Below, piece after piece: positions 1-7,555 of a DNA stretch of 14,511 nucleotides. The first letter of the stretch is position 1. Each line of letters opens with the position of its first letter. Under the pieces are notes generated by a model. The model had not been told where the DNA came from and did no database searches. It saw only the letters and a program-made list of their open reading frames with translations. Made by a program: the position numbers and the translations under genes. Source of the DNA: Candidatus Thorarchaeota archaeon (lineage in GTDB: Archaea > Asgardarchaeota > Thorarchaeia > Thorarchaeales > Thorarchaeaceae); assembly GCA_046758445.1 (NCBI GenBank), contig JBHIAE010000066.1:1-14511 (forward strand), in the 5' to 3' direction.

Positions 1-967
1 CACCCAAAGCAAGTCCGTCGACAGACACTGAGATTGCTTCTGAGCTTGAGTTCCAGCTACCAGACTTGACAAGAACGCCCTCCCTATAGATTTCATAGTT
101 TGACGGATGTAGATCATATGGATTCCAATTTATCGTGTTGCCGATTGTACCTTCCAAGATAGAGAAGTCTACCGGGCTGTCAATTGTTGGTGCCGTACCA
201 TCGTAAACAGTGACCCACACAGTGTCGGTGGCTGAGTTGGAGCCTATGTCAGTGACTTCAACTGTATAATTGTAGACACCCAGGGCAAGTCCGTCGACAG
301 ACACTGAGATTGCTTCTGAGCTTGAGTTCCATGGACCTGACTTCACAGGTGTACTGTTTCTGTAAACAACATAGGTGGATGGGTTGGCATCCGACGGATT
401 CCAGACAATGGTATTCCCAGTCTGCCCCTCGCCATAGGCAATATCTCCTGGGGAGTCCACAGTCGGAGGGGTGGTGTCAGGAGCCGTGACTGACACAGTC
501 ACGTCGAGAACGTTGGATCTTCTGGTTCCACCTGTCCTTCCTGCTGCATAAATTCGGATGGTGTAGGACCCAGCTGACTGAGGTGTGTATGTGTACGTTG
601 CGGTAATCGCGTCTTGTGCAGCATTGGTGTCGCCTGCCTGGTCGTCCTTCACATACAGAAACGAAGTCCCGGAAGCGTCAATAAGAAATTGGCTGTTGTC
701 TACCCAACCGGATTGGCAGCTCACGGCAAACCTGCCGGCGAATCCAAACGAGTTGCTTGCATCCACAACCAAGACAAATGGAACGTCCACAAGTGCATTA
801 ACAACCCCAGTAGCGTTGGATGAGATAGAAACCCCTGCATTAGTGGCATGGCATACGTTGCACTCAGTTGTTTGATCTGGTGATGCTAGGGCAGTAAGGG
901 CTCCAGCTGTCAAGATTGCAACAAGTGAAACGATTATTGCAACTCTCACTTTATGGGCACGCTTCAC
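1..967 (-). CDS. Secreted/surface protein with N-terminal CxxCH motif followed by tandem ~92-aa Ig-like repeats (partial, runs off the left edge)
   Basis: Missing from the ORF track because it has no stop in the window. Manual translation from GTG at 967 (GAGGT RBS at 974-978) is open to the edge: MKRAHKVRVAIIVSLVAILTAGALTALA (signal peptide), then SPDQTTECNVCH, then DTTPPTVDSPGDIAYGEGQTGNTIVWNPSDANPSTYVVYRN...WNSSSEAISVSVDGLALGVYNYTVEVTD and a second similar repeat. Confidence 0.9.
   Translation of the reverse strand, partial: MKRAHKVRVAIIVSLVAILTAGALTALASPDQTTECNVCHATNAGVSISSNATGVVNALVDVPFVLVVDASNSFGFAGRFAVSCQSGWVDNSQFLIDASGTSFLYVKDDQAGDTNAAQDAITATYTYTPQSAGSYTIRIYAAGRTGGTRRSNVLDVTVSVTAPDTTPPTVDSPGDIAYGEGQTGNTIVWNPSDANPSTYVVYRNSTPVKSGPWNSSSEAISVSVDGLALGVYNYTVEVTDIGSNSATDTVWVTVYDGTAPTIDSPVDFSILEGTIGNTINWNPYDLHPSNYEIYREGVLVKSGSWNSSSEAISVSVDGLALG
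9..331. repeat. Intragenic direct repeat: identical 47-bp block at 9-55 and 285-331 (period 276 bp = 92 codons)
   Basis: gcaagtccgtcgacagacactgagattgcttctgagcttgagttcca occurs twice and encodes WNSSSEAISVSVDGLA in consecutive Ig-like repeats. Confidence 0.95.
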
Positions 968-1570
968 GTCATGACCTCACAGTTTCTTGTCGCTATTGAG
1001 CGTCACCACGATGTATAGCCCAACTTAAACTTTCTGTCAAAAGTCAGAAGTCAAATAGAAGACAGATCCTCCTACTGGAAAGAACGCTGAGATTCCTATA
1101 CATTTCGCGTCGCATGGAAACGTGCAGTGTGGCCATCGGCAGCTGACATCAGACTCTGGTATTGCATTCCACTCACCTTAGAGATTGCTGGAGTCGGTCT
1201 GGGAATCTTATTCCTTCTATCGGAAGCATCGTCCTTTCATCTTCTATCCAACGTCATCGAATACGTTGTCAGTGTTAGCAATAGTGAAGATATCTCTTGG
1301 ACTATTACCATCTACTAGGAGTCAGTGAAATCAATCAAGACTGCCATTGCCAGTATGATCGCGTGGATGTTCTCATAGGAGGACAGAGATTCTATCCCTC
1401 AGTCAGCTAAAGAACGAGGCTCAGTGGCTACGAAACAAAGCTCCACATCTGAATGTTGGAGGAGCTGAACTGATTTGGCCGTCTGTTCACCCTCCCTAAC
1501 ATTGGGTGCCCTTACCTGCTTCTTATCATTCCATTAGGACTGAATATCCCCATACTATTCATGGCTGTAT

Positions 1571-1618
1571 AAAGAAGAAGGTGGACGAGAGAGCCCGGTC
1601 TTGAGGTGTCTCTCGCCC
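1571..1618 (-). terminator. Putative terminator of the MFS gene
   Basis: Minus strand reads gggcgagaga-cacctcaagaccgggc-tctctcgtcc (stem-loop), then a pyrimidine/T-rich tract ccttcttcttt. It starts 10 bp after the stop codon. Confidence 0.6.
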
Positions 1619-1628
1619 GTGTCCTACT

Positions 1629-2993
1629 CTAGGTTGGCACTTCGAGTAGAACGTCTGTGAAGTCGGTCTCTTCTCTAGCAACTTCTTCTTGTACCGATTC
1701 ATTCAGCATGATGTCCAGTTGAGCATGAAGTTTCTTTCTGGCAACAACAGCGATACCTAGTACAGACACTACAAAGAGGCCGATTGCTGCGCCGAGTACT
1801 GGTGGAACCGTCGAGCCCGCTGTTTCTGCCCAGATGCCTCCTATCGCCATCCCGATTACCTGAACAGCCGTGAAGACCACATTGAGGAGAGCAAAGACTC
1901 TGCCTCTGAAGTTGTCTACCACAAGCTCCTGCATCAGGACTCCCAGGGGAATGTTCAGCAACACATCTACTGATCCGATTAGAGCCCACCACACTAGGAC
2001 GCTTATGAACCCGTCAGCAGCCGCCAGGCCCAGGACTGCAACTCCTGCAACAATGCCTGCCAATGCTACTATGTAGAGAGGTTTGGGCAGGCGCTTCCTC
2101 TTGCCCATCACCAGAGCCACGATTGTCCCAGTTGCAGCACCTGCACTCAGGACTATGCCAAACTGTATCTCGGTGATTCCAAGATGACCCTCCAAGTGTG
2201 GAATCAGGAGAGCGTTTAGAATGCCTGATGATGATGCCAATAATATTGCAAAGATAAACAGGTAGAGGAGGATCACATTACCGGCAACATATCTGGCGCC
2301 TTGGACAACCTGTGATCTAACGGACTCCTTGTTCTCCACTGCGTCTTTGGGTATCAGTGATGTCTTGATGCCTCTAAGTGCGATGGCTGAGAGAATGAAA
2401 GTGATGGAGTTGATTGCGAAAGCAAGAAAGTAGTCGGGGGCGAGCAGAGCAACGAGCACGCCCCCGAGAGGAGGAATGGTCAGCTGTACAATCTGGAATG
2501 TCATCTGTGAGAGCGAGTTGGCTGTAACGAGCTCGTCGGTCTCGACAACATTGGGGATTGAGGCGTTTCTGGTTGGAAAGAACCAGGCGTTGGCAACTGC
2601 ATATAGAAATGTAAGGAGGTAGACCCATTCAATCGGTGCTAGTACTGAGGGTAGCAGTGGTGCAAGGGGAATAAGTAGGATCAGTACAGCGCGTGCGAGG
2701 TCTGATGCAATCATTATCGTCTTTCTGTTCCATCGATCTATGTAGACTCCAATGAAACCAGCGAATATCACAACTGGAGCGGTCTGTGCCATTGCTAGGA
2801 TGGCCATCGCCAGAGCTGATCCTGTCAGGTCGTAGGCATAGAACAACAATGCCAATGAGCTGATGGCATAGCCGACGTTAGAAATAAGTTGCCCAAACCA
2901 GAGTCGGGAGAAATCCCGATTCCTCAGGATGCTCCTGAAGGTACTACTCTCGTTCTGGACCTCAGACAATTCAGTAACAGTGGTCAACTTCAC
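1629..2993 (-). CDS. MFS transporter (MFS_3 / DHA3 MefA-like efflux family)
   Basis: About 12 hydrophobic segments. Motifs RNRDFSRLWFGQLIS, motif A GVYIDRWNRK and a C-terminal FRGRVFAL. The start may instead be TTG at 2987, which is better spaced from GAGGT. Confidence 0.93.
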   Translation of the reverse strand: MKLTTVTELSEVQNESSTFRSILRNRDFSRLWFGQLISNVGYAISSLALLFYAYDLTGSALAMAILAMAQTAPVVIFAGFIGVYIDRWNRKTIMIASDLARAVLILLIPLAPLLPSVLAPIEWVYLLTFLYAVANAWFFPTRNASIPNVVETDELVTANSLSQMTFQIVQLTIPPLGGVLVALLAPDYFLAFAINSITFILSAIALRGIKTSLIPKDAVENKESVRSQVVQGARYVAGNVILLYLFIFAILLASSSGILNALLIPHLEGHLGITEIQFGIVLSAGAATGTIVALVMGKRKRLPKPLYIVALAGIVAGVAVLGLAAADGFISVLVWWALIGSVDVLLNIPLGVLMQELVVDNFRGRVFALLNVVFTAVQVIGMAIGGIWAETAGSTVPPVLGAAIGLFVVSVLGIAVVARKKLHAQLDIMLNESVQEEVAREETDFTDVLLEVPT

Positions 2994-3040
2994 TACCTCG
3001 AAACGCAGTCATAAGGGCCTCTTGGGACTTGGCCAAGTGA

Positions 3041-3151
3041 TTACCTTACTGAAGTCACAAAGGCGTGGTTGACCTGCATTGTTCTGAAGACCTCGACGGT
3101 CTTCTTGTTCTTCTTCACGGATGAAACTCGAGATTTAGTTGCTAGAGCCAT
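3041..3151 (-). CDS. Putative small basic leader ORF (36 aa) upstream of the MFS gene
   Basis: ATG 3151 to TAA 3041 gives MALATKSRVSSVKKNKKTVEVFRTMQVNHAFVTSVR. It lies between the TATATATA box (~3184-3191) and the MFS start. Confidence 0.4.
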   Translation of the reverse strand: MALATKSRVSSVKKNKKTVEVFRTMQVNHAFVTSVR

Positions 3152-3183
3152 GATGTTTCACAACAGTCACCGCTCAGAATCAG

Positions 3184-3238
3184 TATATATAGCGGAGCCA
3201 CAAAAGAGGGTCACAGAATGGAGTCACAATTTGTGACT
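3184..3238. promoter_or_regulatory. Divergent promoter region with TATA box and perfect 8-1-8 palindrome
   Basis: TATATATA at ~3184-3191. AGTCACAA-T-TTGTGACT at 3222-3238. Extra GTCAC half-sites near 3054, 3166 and 3210. Confidence 0.6.
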
Positions 3239-3255
3239 AGCTTCCGGTGTAAACA

Positions 3256-4335
3256 TTGCCTATTCCTCATCACAGATTTGGACAGACTACCATCGCAAGG
3301 GTGAACGGTTCAGACGAGCTGAAACAGATAATGATTGATCCCATGCTGGGGTCTGAAACTGTCATCATCAAACCGAATTGGGTATCAAGTGAGTCTGCAG
3401 CCTTTACTGACGCAGATAGCCTCAGAACCATTTTGGAAACTCTTGATTCCCGCATTGTTATCACAGAGTCGCATATGATAGCCCGGGCACCAGCCTTCTT
3501 TCGCGATGGGGGTATGAGATTCGAGGCTGAAGGGAAGGAGGTCACTTGGAAGTGGCTGTTAAAGGGCGAGGGTTGGAAGTGGCTCATAGAGAACCCAGAC
3601 ATGGATTGGTTCAAGAGAGAGGGCCACTGGGATCAAATCAAGAAGGAGGACAAGGCCTTTCTGGACGAGAATGGCTTCACAGACCTTCTGAACGAGTTTG
3701 ATGCCACATACGTCAATGTGACCGATGAGGTGTGGAACGGGAAAGTGGCAGACCCATCTGAAGTTAAGAGATTGGTGGAGATGCAGTTTAAACCAGTCCA
3801 GCTAGAAGAGATTTACAGCATAGTGCCAAAGAAGCTCTTCGACCTTCGTGGATCGACATTCATCAGCCTCGCACGAGCGAAGCTGTACGCCACTTTTACC
3901 ATAAAGAACCTATTCGGAATGCTGCCTGATCCAGCAAGACCATGGTGGCATGGAAAGGATGAGTCTAGATACCTAGAGAGCATCATTGCTATCAAGAAGG
4001 TATACCGTTCCATCTTCAACCTCTATGGGATTTGTGAGGCGTTTAGCTCATTGTCTGTTCCTCACGATGAGGGCGATTTCTCTCTGCAAGTACCACCTAT
4101 GAGATACAACATTCTGGGAGGAAAGGGATTCGTGGCGTTTGGAAGCAACCTCGTGGAGCTTGATGCAATCCTCCTCAGCATCACTGATCAACTCATCTTA
4201 CAGGATGAGAAAACTAACCGTGAACCCATTCAATTGGCTCAGGAAGAGTTTGGTGCCGTGAAAGAGGACTATCTCGTCGAAGCAAAGCAGAAAGCTGGAG
4301 ACTGGCTAACAACCCATACGCCTCATGCCGCTTAG
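3256..4335 (+). CDS. DUF362 domain-containing protein
   Basis: Motifs IIKPNWV, TFTIKNLFGMLP and GSNLVELDAI are typical of DUF362. The TTG start is uncertain. Confidence 0.8.
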   Translation: MPIPHHRFGQTTIARVNGSDELKQIMIDPMLGSETVIIKPNWVSSESAAFTDADSLRTILETLDSRIVITESHMIARAPAFFRDGGMRFEAEGKEVTWKWLLKGEGWKWLIENPDMDWFKREGHWDQIKKEDKAFLDENGFTDLLNEFDATYVNVTDEVWNGKVADPSEVKRLVEMQFKPVQLEEIYSIVPKKLFDLRGSTFISLARAKLYATFTIKNLFGMLPDPARPWWHGKDESRYLESIIAIKKVYRSIFNLYGICEAFSSLSVPHDEGDFSLQVPPMRYNILGGKGFVAFGSNLVELDAILLSITDQLILQDEKTNREPIQLAQEEFGAVKEDYLVEAKQKAGDWLTTHTPHAA

Positions 4336-4340
4336 TCACT

Positions 4341-4363
4341 GATTCGCGGACAGTTTTACTAGA
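4341..4363 (+). repeat. 23-bp intergenic repeat, copy 1 (GATTCGCGGACAGTTTTACTAGA)
   Basis: 22/23 identical to 10900-10922. It lies in the 39-bp gap between convergent stop codons. Confidence 0.9.
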
Positions 4364-4374
4364 TCATCTCAGGC

Positions 4375-4800
4375 TCACTCTATGTAGAGACGGGTCTTGC
4401 AGAAGGGACAGAGCACCACCTTGTCATCAACGGGAGTGGCATTGGAGAGTTCAAAGGACAGCCCACAGTCAGGACAACGATACATCTCTATTCCGCCGAC
4501 GTGTTCAGCAGGAAGTGCATGAGCACGCATTGTGGCGAGGATCTTATCATCTTCATTCACATCTGTGGGAGCAATTGGACGCCCCTGAGCCCACCTGTAA
4601 GCTGCATAGAGCAGAAACACAACCATCGGCACTAGAAAGACTATGTAGGTCAGATAGACATCTGGAGGTGCTGTGAGTATGGAACCAAAGACCGTGACCG
4701 AGCCTAGAATCAGAAGTAGTACGAAGAATGCCCAGCGTGCAGGGCTTGTCCTAGGTTCCTCCTGCTCGCCATAGTAATCGTAAGTGTCGTCTTCAATCAT
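4375..4800 (-). CDS. Two-TM membrane protein with C-terminal zinc ribbon
   Basis: Two hydrophobic helices followed by CPDC...CPFC. Confidence 0.85.
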   Translation of the reverse strand: MIEDDTYDYYGEQEEPRTSPARWAFFVLLLILGSVTVFGSILTAPPDVYLTYIVFLVPMVVFLLYAAYRWAQGRPIAPTDVNEDDKILATMRAHALPAEHVGGIEMYRCPDCGLSFELSNATPVDDKVVLCPFCKTRLYIE

Positions 4801-4864
4801 TGTAGGACCTGTCTGTGGTTCCCTTGACGGTGGATAAACTCTTCGTAGTGTATTGCTAAAGGTG

Positions 4865-4905
4865 AAACAAAAAGAGAAACGAACACGGGCCTTGCGGCCC
4901 GGTTC
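4865..4905 (-). terminator. Putative tuf terminator
   Basis: Minus strand GAAC-CGGGCC-GCAA-GGCCCG-T-GTTC hairpin (GNRA loop) followed by GTTTCTCTTTTTGTTT. Confidence 0.7.
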
Positions 4906-4923
4906 TTGTACTACTGAACAGAT

Positions 4924-6267
4924 CTACTCTTGCTTAGCCGCCTTCTTGGCTGCCTTCTTCTCAACCTTCTTGGCCTTGACCTTGGTCACGACACCGACTG
5001 CGACGGTCATGCCCATGTCTCGGACAGCGAACCTGCCGAGCTGTGGGAACTGCTTGTAGGTCTCAATGCACATCGGCTTGAGAGGTACAAGAGTAGCAAC
5101 CATTGACTCGCCCTTCTTGATGAAGTCGGGGTTCTCCTCGATGACCTGTCCGCTGCGTTGGTCGATCTTCTGGAGGATCTTTTCGAACCTGCAAGCGACC
5201 TGAGCGGTATGTGCGTGAATGACTGGGGTGTAACCCACAGTGATAGCAGTAGGGTGCTGGATGACCATTATCTGACCAGTGTACTCTGCCGCGACTGTTG
5301 GCGGCTTGTCCTCTGGACCAGCAACATCGCCACGACCGAGATCTTTCCTCTCGATGCCTCGAATGTTGAAGCCGATGTTGTCGCCAGGGACGGCCTCCTT
5401 GAGCTGCTCATGATGCATCTCAATTGTCTTGACCTCACCGGTCTTGTTCGGAGGCATGAAGGTTATTGTATCACCGGGCTTCATGACACCGGTCTCGACA
5501 CGGCCTACTGGGACTGTGCCGACACCCTTGATTGAGTACACGTCGTTGATTGGCAAGCGCAAGGGCTTCTTGATCGGCTTCGGTGGGAGTTTCACCTGAT
5601 CCAGGGCCTCAAGCAGAGAGGGGCCCTTGTACCATGGCGTGAGATCCTTACTGACCTCCTTCAGGTTGCAGGCATCGCCGATAGCGGCGGTCGGAATGAA
5701 TGGGATGCCATCAAGCTTGAATCCGATGCTCTTCAGGAAGCCTCCAACCTCTTCCTTCACCTCTTTGTACCTGTCTTCTTTGTACTTGACAGTGTCGTCG
5801 TCCATCTTGTTCACACAGACGATCAGAGATGGTACACCAAGGGTCATGGCAAGATATGCGTGCTCCTTTGTCTGGCCGCCTGGACCAACGCCAGCCTCAA
5901 ACTCACCACGCTTGGCTGACACAACAAGCAGACCAACATCAGCCTGAGATGCGCCTGTGATCATGTTCTTGATGAAGTCCTTGTGCCCAGGTGCATCGAT
6001 AATGGTGTAATAGAATTTCGATGTGATAAACTTGAAAAAGGCAATGTCGATTGTTAGGCCACGTTCTCTTTCTTCCTTCAACCTATCTAACGCGAACGCC
6101 CAAGCCCAGCTTGGACGTCCGAGTTTCTCAGCCTCGGCTTTATGTTGTTGGAATGTTCTTTCGTCAACCGCACCTGTTTCATACAACAGCCTGCCCGTCA
6201 TAGTGCTTTTTCCGTGGTCTACGTGCCCTATGACGACCAGGTTCAGGTGCTCTAATTGTTTACTCAT
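4924..6267 (-). CDS. tuf: Translation elongation factor EF-1alpha (aEF1A)
   Basis: Motifs [43 protein letters not shown] and GRFAVRDMG. The start is placed at ATG 6267 ([14 protein letters not shown]) because a GGTGA RBS precedes it. The ORF-track start at 6366 is over-extended. Confidence 0.98.
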   Translation of the reverse strand: MSKQLEHLNLVVIGHVDHGKSTMTGRLLYETGAVDERTFQQHKAEAEKLGRPSWAWAFALDRLKEERERGLTIDIAFFKFITSKFYYTIIDAPGHKDFIKNMITGASQADVGLLVVSAKRGEFEAGVGPGGQTKEHAYLAMTLGVPSLIVCVNKMDDDTVKYKEDRYKEVKEEVGGFLKSIGFKLDGIPFIPTAAIGDACNLKEVSKDLTPWYKGPSLLEALDQVKLPPKPIKKPLRLPINDVYSIKGVGTVPVGRVETGVMKPGDTITFMPPNKTGEVKTIEMHHEQLKEAVPGDNIGFNIRGIERKDLGRGDVAGPEDKPPTVAAEYTGQIMVIQHPTAITVGYTPVIHAHTAQVACRFEKILQKIDQRSGQVIEENPDFIKKGESMVATLVPLKPMCIETYKQFPQLGRFAVRDMGMTVAVGVVTKVKAKKVEKKAAKKAAKQE

Positions 6268-6342
6268 TTCTGAATCACCACGTTTTTGACTTGCCCATCC
6301 ATTGAACGCTGGACGGACTTTTGTTGCCACCTTTGGGGACAC

Positions 6343-6356
6343 TTTTAATCGTTTCG
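6343..6356 (-). promoter_or_regulatory. Putative BRE/TATA promoter of tuf
   Basis: Minus strand CGAAACGA-TTAAAAG, about 75-90 bp upstream of the ATG. Confidence 0.5.
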
Positions 6357-6384
6357 ACAAGCTCACTTGACCAAGGAATAGCCA

Positions 6385-6632
6385 TCAGCTTCCAATTACC
6401 CACCCTGCCTCTTGGATGAGATAGTATATGATGCTTGAGGCCGCATCAAGGACAAACGTAACGTGAGCCATGATGTCCTTTCGGGTGGCTCCCATGTGGG
6501 CCAGGTAGGGTGAGGAAGCGGTTGGCATCCAAAAAAGCTGCATACCACATAGGCGACACTCTCTGCTTCTACCTCCCTGAGCCACTGTGGCATCTTGAGT
6601 CTATCTTGGTGTGCTTGGACAAGATGATTCAT
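6385..6632 (-). pseudogene. Frameshifted C-terminal fragment of an ArdC/MPTase-like (zincin-like) mobile-element protein
   Basis: One frame gives H...REVEAESVAYVVCSFFG and the -1 frame continues MPTASSPYLAHMGATRKDIMAHVTFVLDAASSII. Together they match the 'E.EAESVAY.VC..FG....S..YLA.W' pattern. The shift is at the T6 run (6531-6536). The N-terminal part and an intact HExxH are missing. Confidence 0.65.
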
Positions 6633-7519
6633 TTGGGGGTGGGAGGCGATTTACCAGTTCTTGATCTCCATGTAAGGTCCTCTATAGTGGACGAAAGCCT
6701 CTTGTGGCGTTGTTTATGGTGCTGAGAGCTCTGACTCTCCGGCCACCTCGCAAGTCTGATTCTAATCGTGAAGTCCCCCACTTTTGATTTGACCTTGTCA
6801 GAAAGCTGCATCTTGAAGAAGAGTGGTCCATAGAAGTGTCGAGGACTGATCTTCACGTACTCTATGTCCCTTAGAGTCACGGAAACGTTCTTCTTGGTCA
6901 ACCCCCAATTGACCTTCACTTTCTTCACTTTGTCCAACGGCAGGAAGTCAAGGCTCTGATAATAGGCCTTCTCCTTCAAGTCAGGATAGATCAGATAATG
7001 CCTATCTGCCACTTTCGTGCTACCAATGACCTCGTGTCCTATAGCTAGAATCCGGTCGTTGGTGATGGCTATGTGTCCGGACTTGAGACGGTTGAAACTG
7101 CCCATCTCGCACCCCCCATACTCCATGAGAACTATCTCTTCACTTGGCCTGAGGTGGCGTTCTATGAACCTTCGAGTGACATGAAGGGATTGTGGAAGAC
7201 TGTTGTCAGTGTCAAACTCATTCATCTCCAGACCGCCCCCAAAGAAGCTGATTGTGGGAATTCCATCTATAAGTTGAGGGTAGCCCTGCTCAAACAATGC
7301 CACTCCAACGTCGATGAATCTTGAGAATTGTTCGTCGGTTGGACGGCTATCGTGTGGAGGATAGTGGCCTGGTGGCCTCACAAATGACAGTAACGCCTCC
7401 TCCAAGGCCTTCCACTTCTCCTCACTGTATCCCTCCTTGACTATCTGTTCTATTCTCTCGAGAGACTCTTCTATGCTCAACAGAGTCGGTTGGTCTTCTC
7501 CTTTCATTCTCCATCCCAT
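6629..7519 (-). CDS. Hypothetical protein with probable bacterial-type PH-like domain
   Basis: 296-aa ORF. The segment LRPSEEIVL...GHIAITNDRILAIG...LPLDKVKKVKV resembles bPH/GRAM-like domains. Confidence 0.7.
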   Translation of the reverse strand: MGWRMKGEDQPTLLSIEESLERIEQIVKEGYSEEKWKALEEALLSFVRPPGHYPPHDSRPTDEQFSRFIDVGVALFEQGYPQLIDGIPTISFFGGGLEMNEFDTDNSLPQSLHVTRRFIERHLRPSEEIVLMEYGGCEMGSFNRLKSGHIAITNDRILAIGHEVIGSTKVADRHYLIYPDLKEKAYYQSLDFLPLDKVKKVKVNWGLTKKNVSVTLRDIEYVKISPRHFYGPLFFKMQLSDKVKSKVGDFTIRIRLARWPESQSSQHHKQRHKRLSSTIEDLTWRSRTGKSPPTPK

Positions 7520-7555
7520 GTCTGTTACGCACTAGCCTATTTGAGTTTGTACTGG

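Noticed and set aside
585-875. Plus-strand ORFs 585-875 and 614-823
   Set aside because: Antisense shadows of the long minus-strand surface-protein gene.
1583-1618. SECIS-like element in 3' hairpins
   Set aside because: No AUGA/GA core is evident and no in-frame UGA selenoprotein is nearby. The hairpins fit terminators better.
3124-3146. Possible degenerate fourth copy of the 23-bp repeat ending in CTAGA
   Set aside because: Only about 11/23 positions match.
4853-6289. Several plus-strand ORFs opposite tuf (and similar shadow ORFs opposite other genes)
   Set aside because: Antisense or alternate-frame artefacts with no recognisable motifs.
6268-6366. 33-aa N-terminal extension of EF-1alpha in the ORF track
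   Set aside because: It covers the promoter/att region. A GGTGA RBS precedes ATG 6267, and homology starts there.
6527-6540. Programmed -1 ribosomal frameshift in the ArdC-like remnant
   Set aside because: No canonical X XXY YYZ heptamer in frame, and the gene is also N-terminally truncated. A simple indel is more parsimonious.
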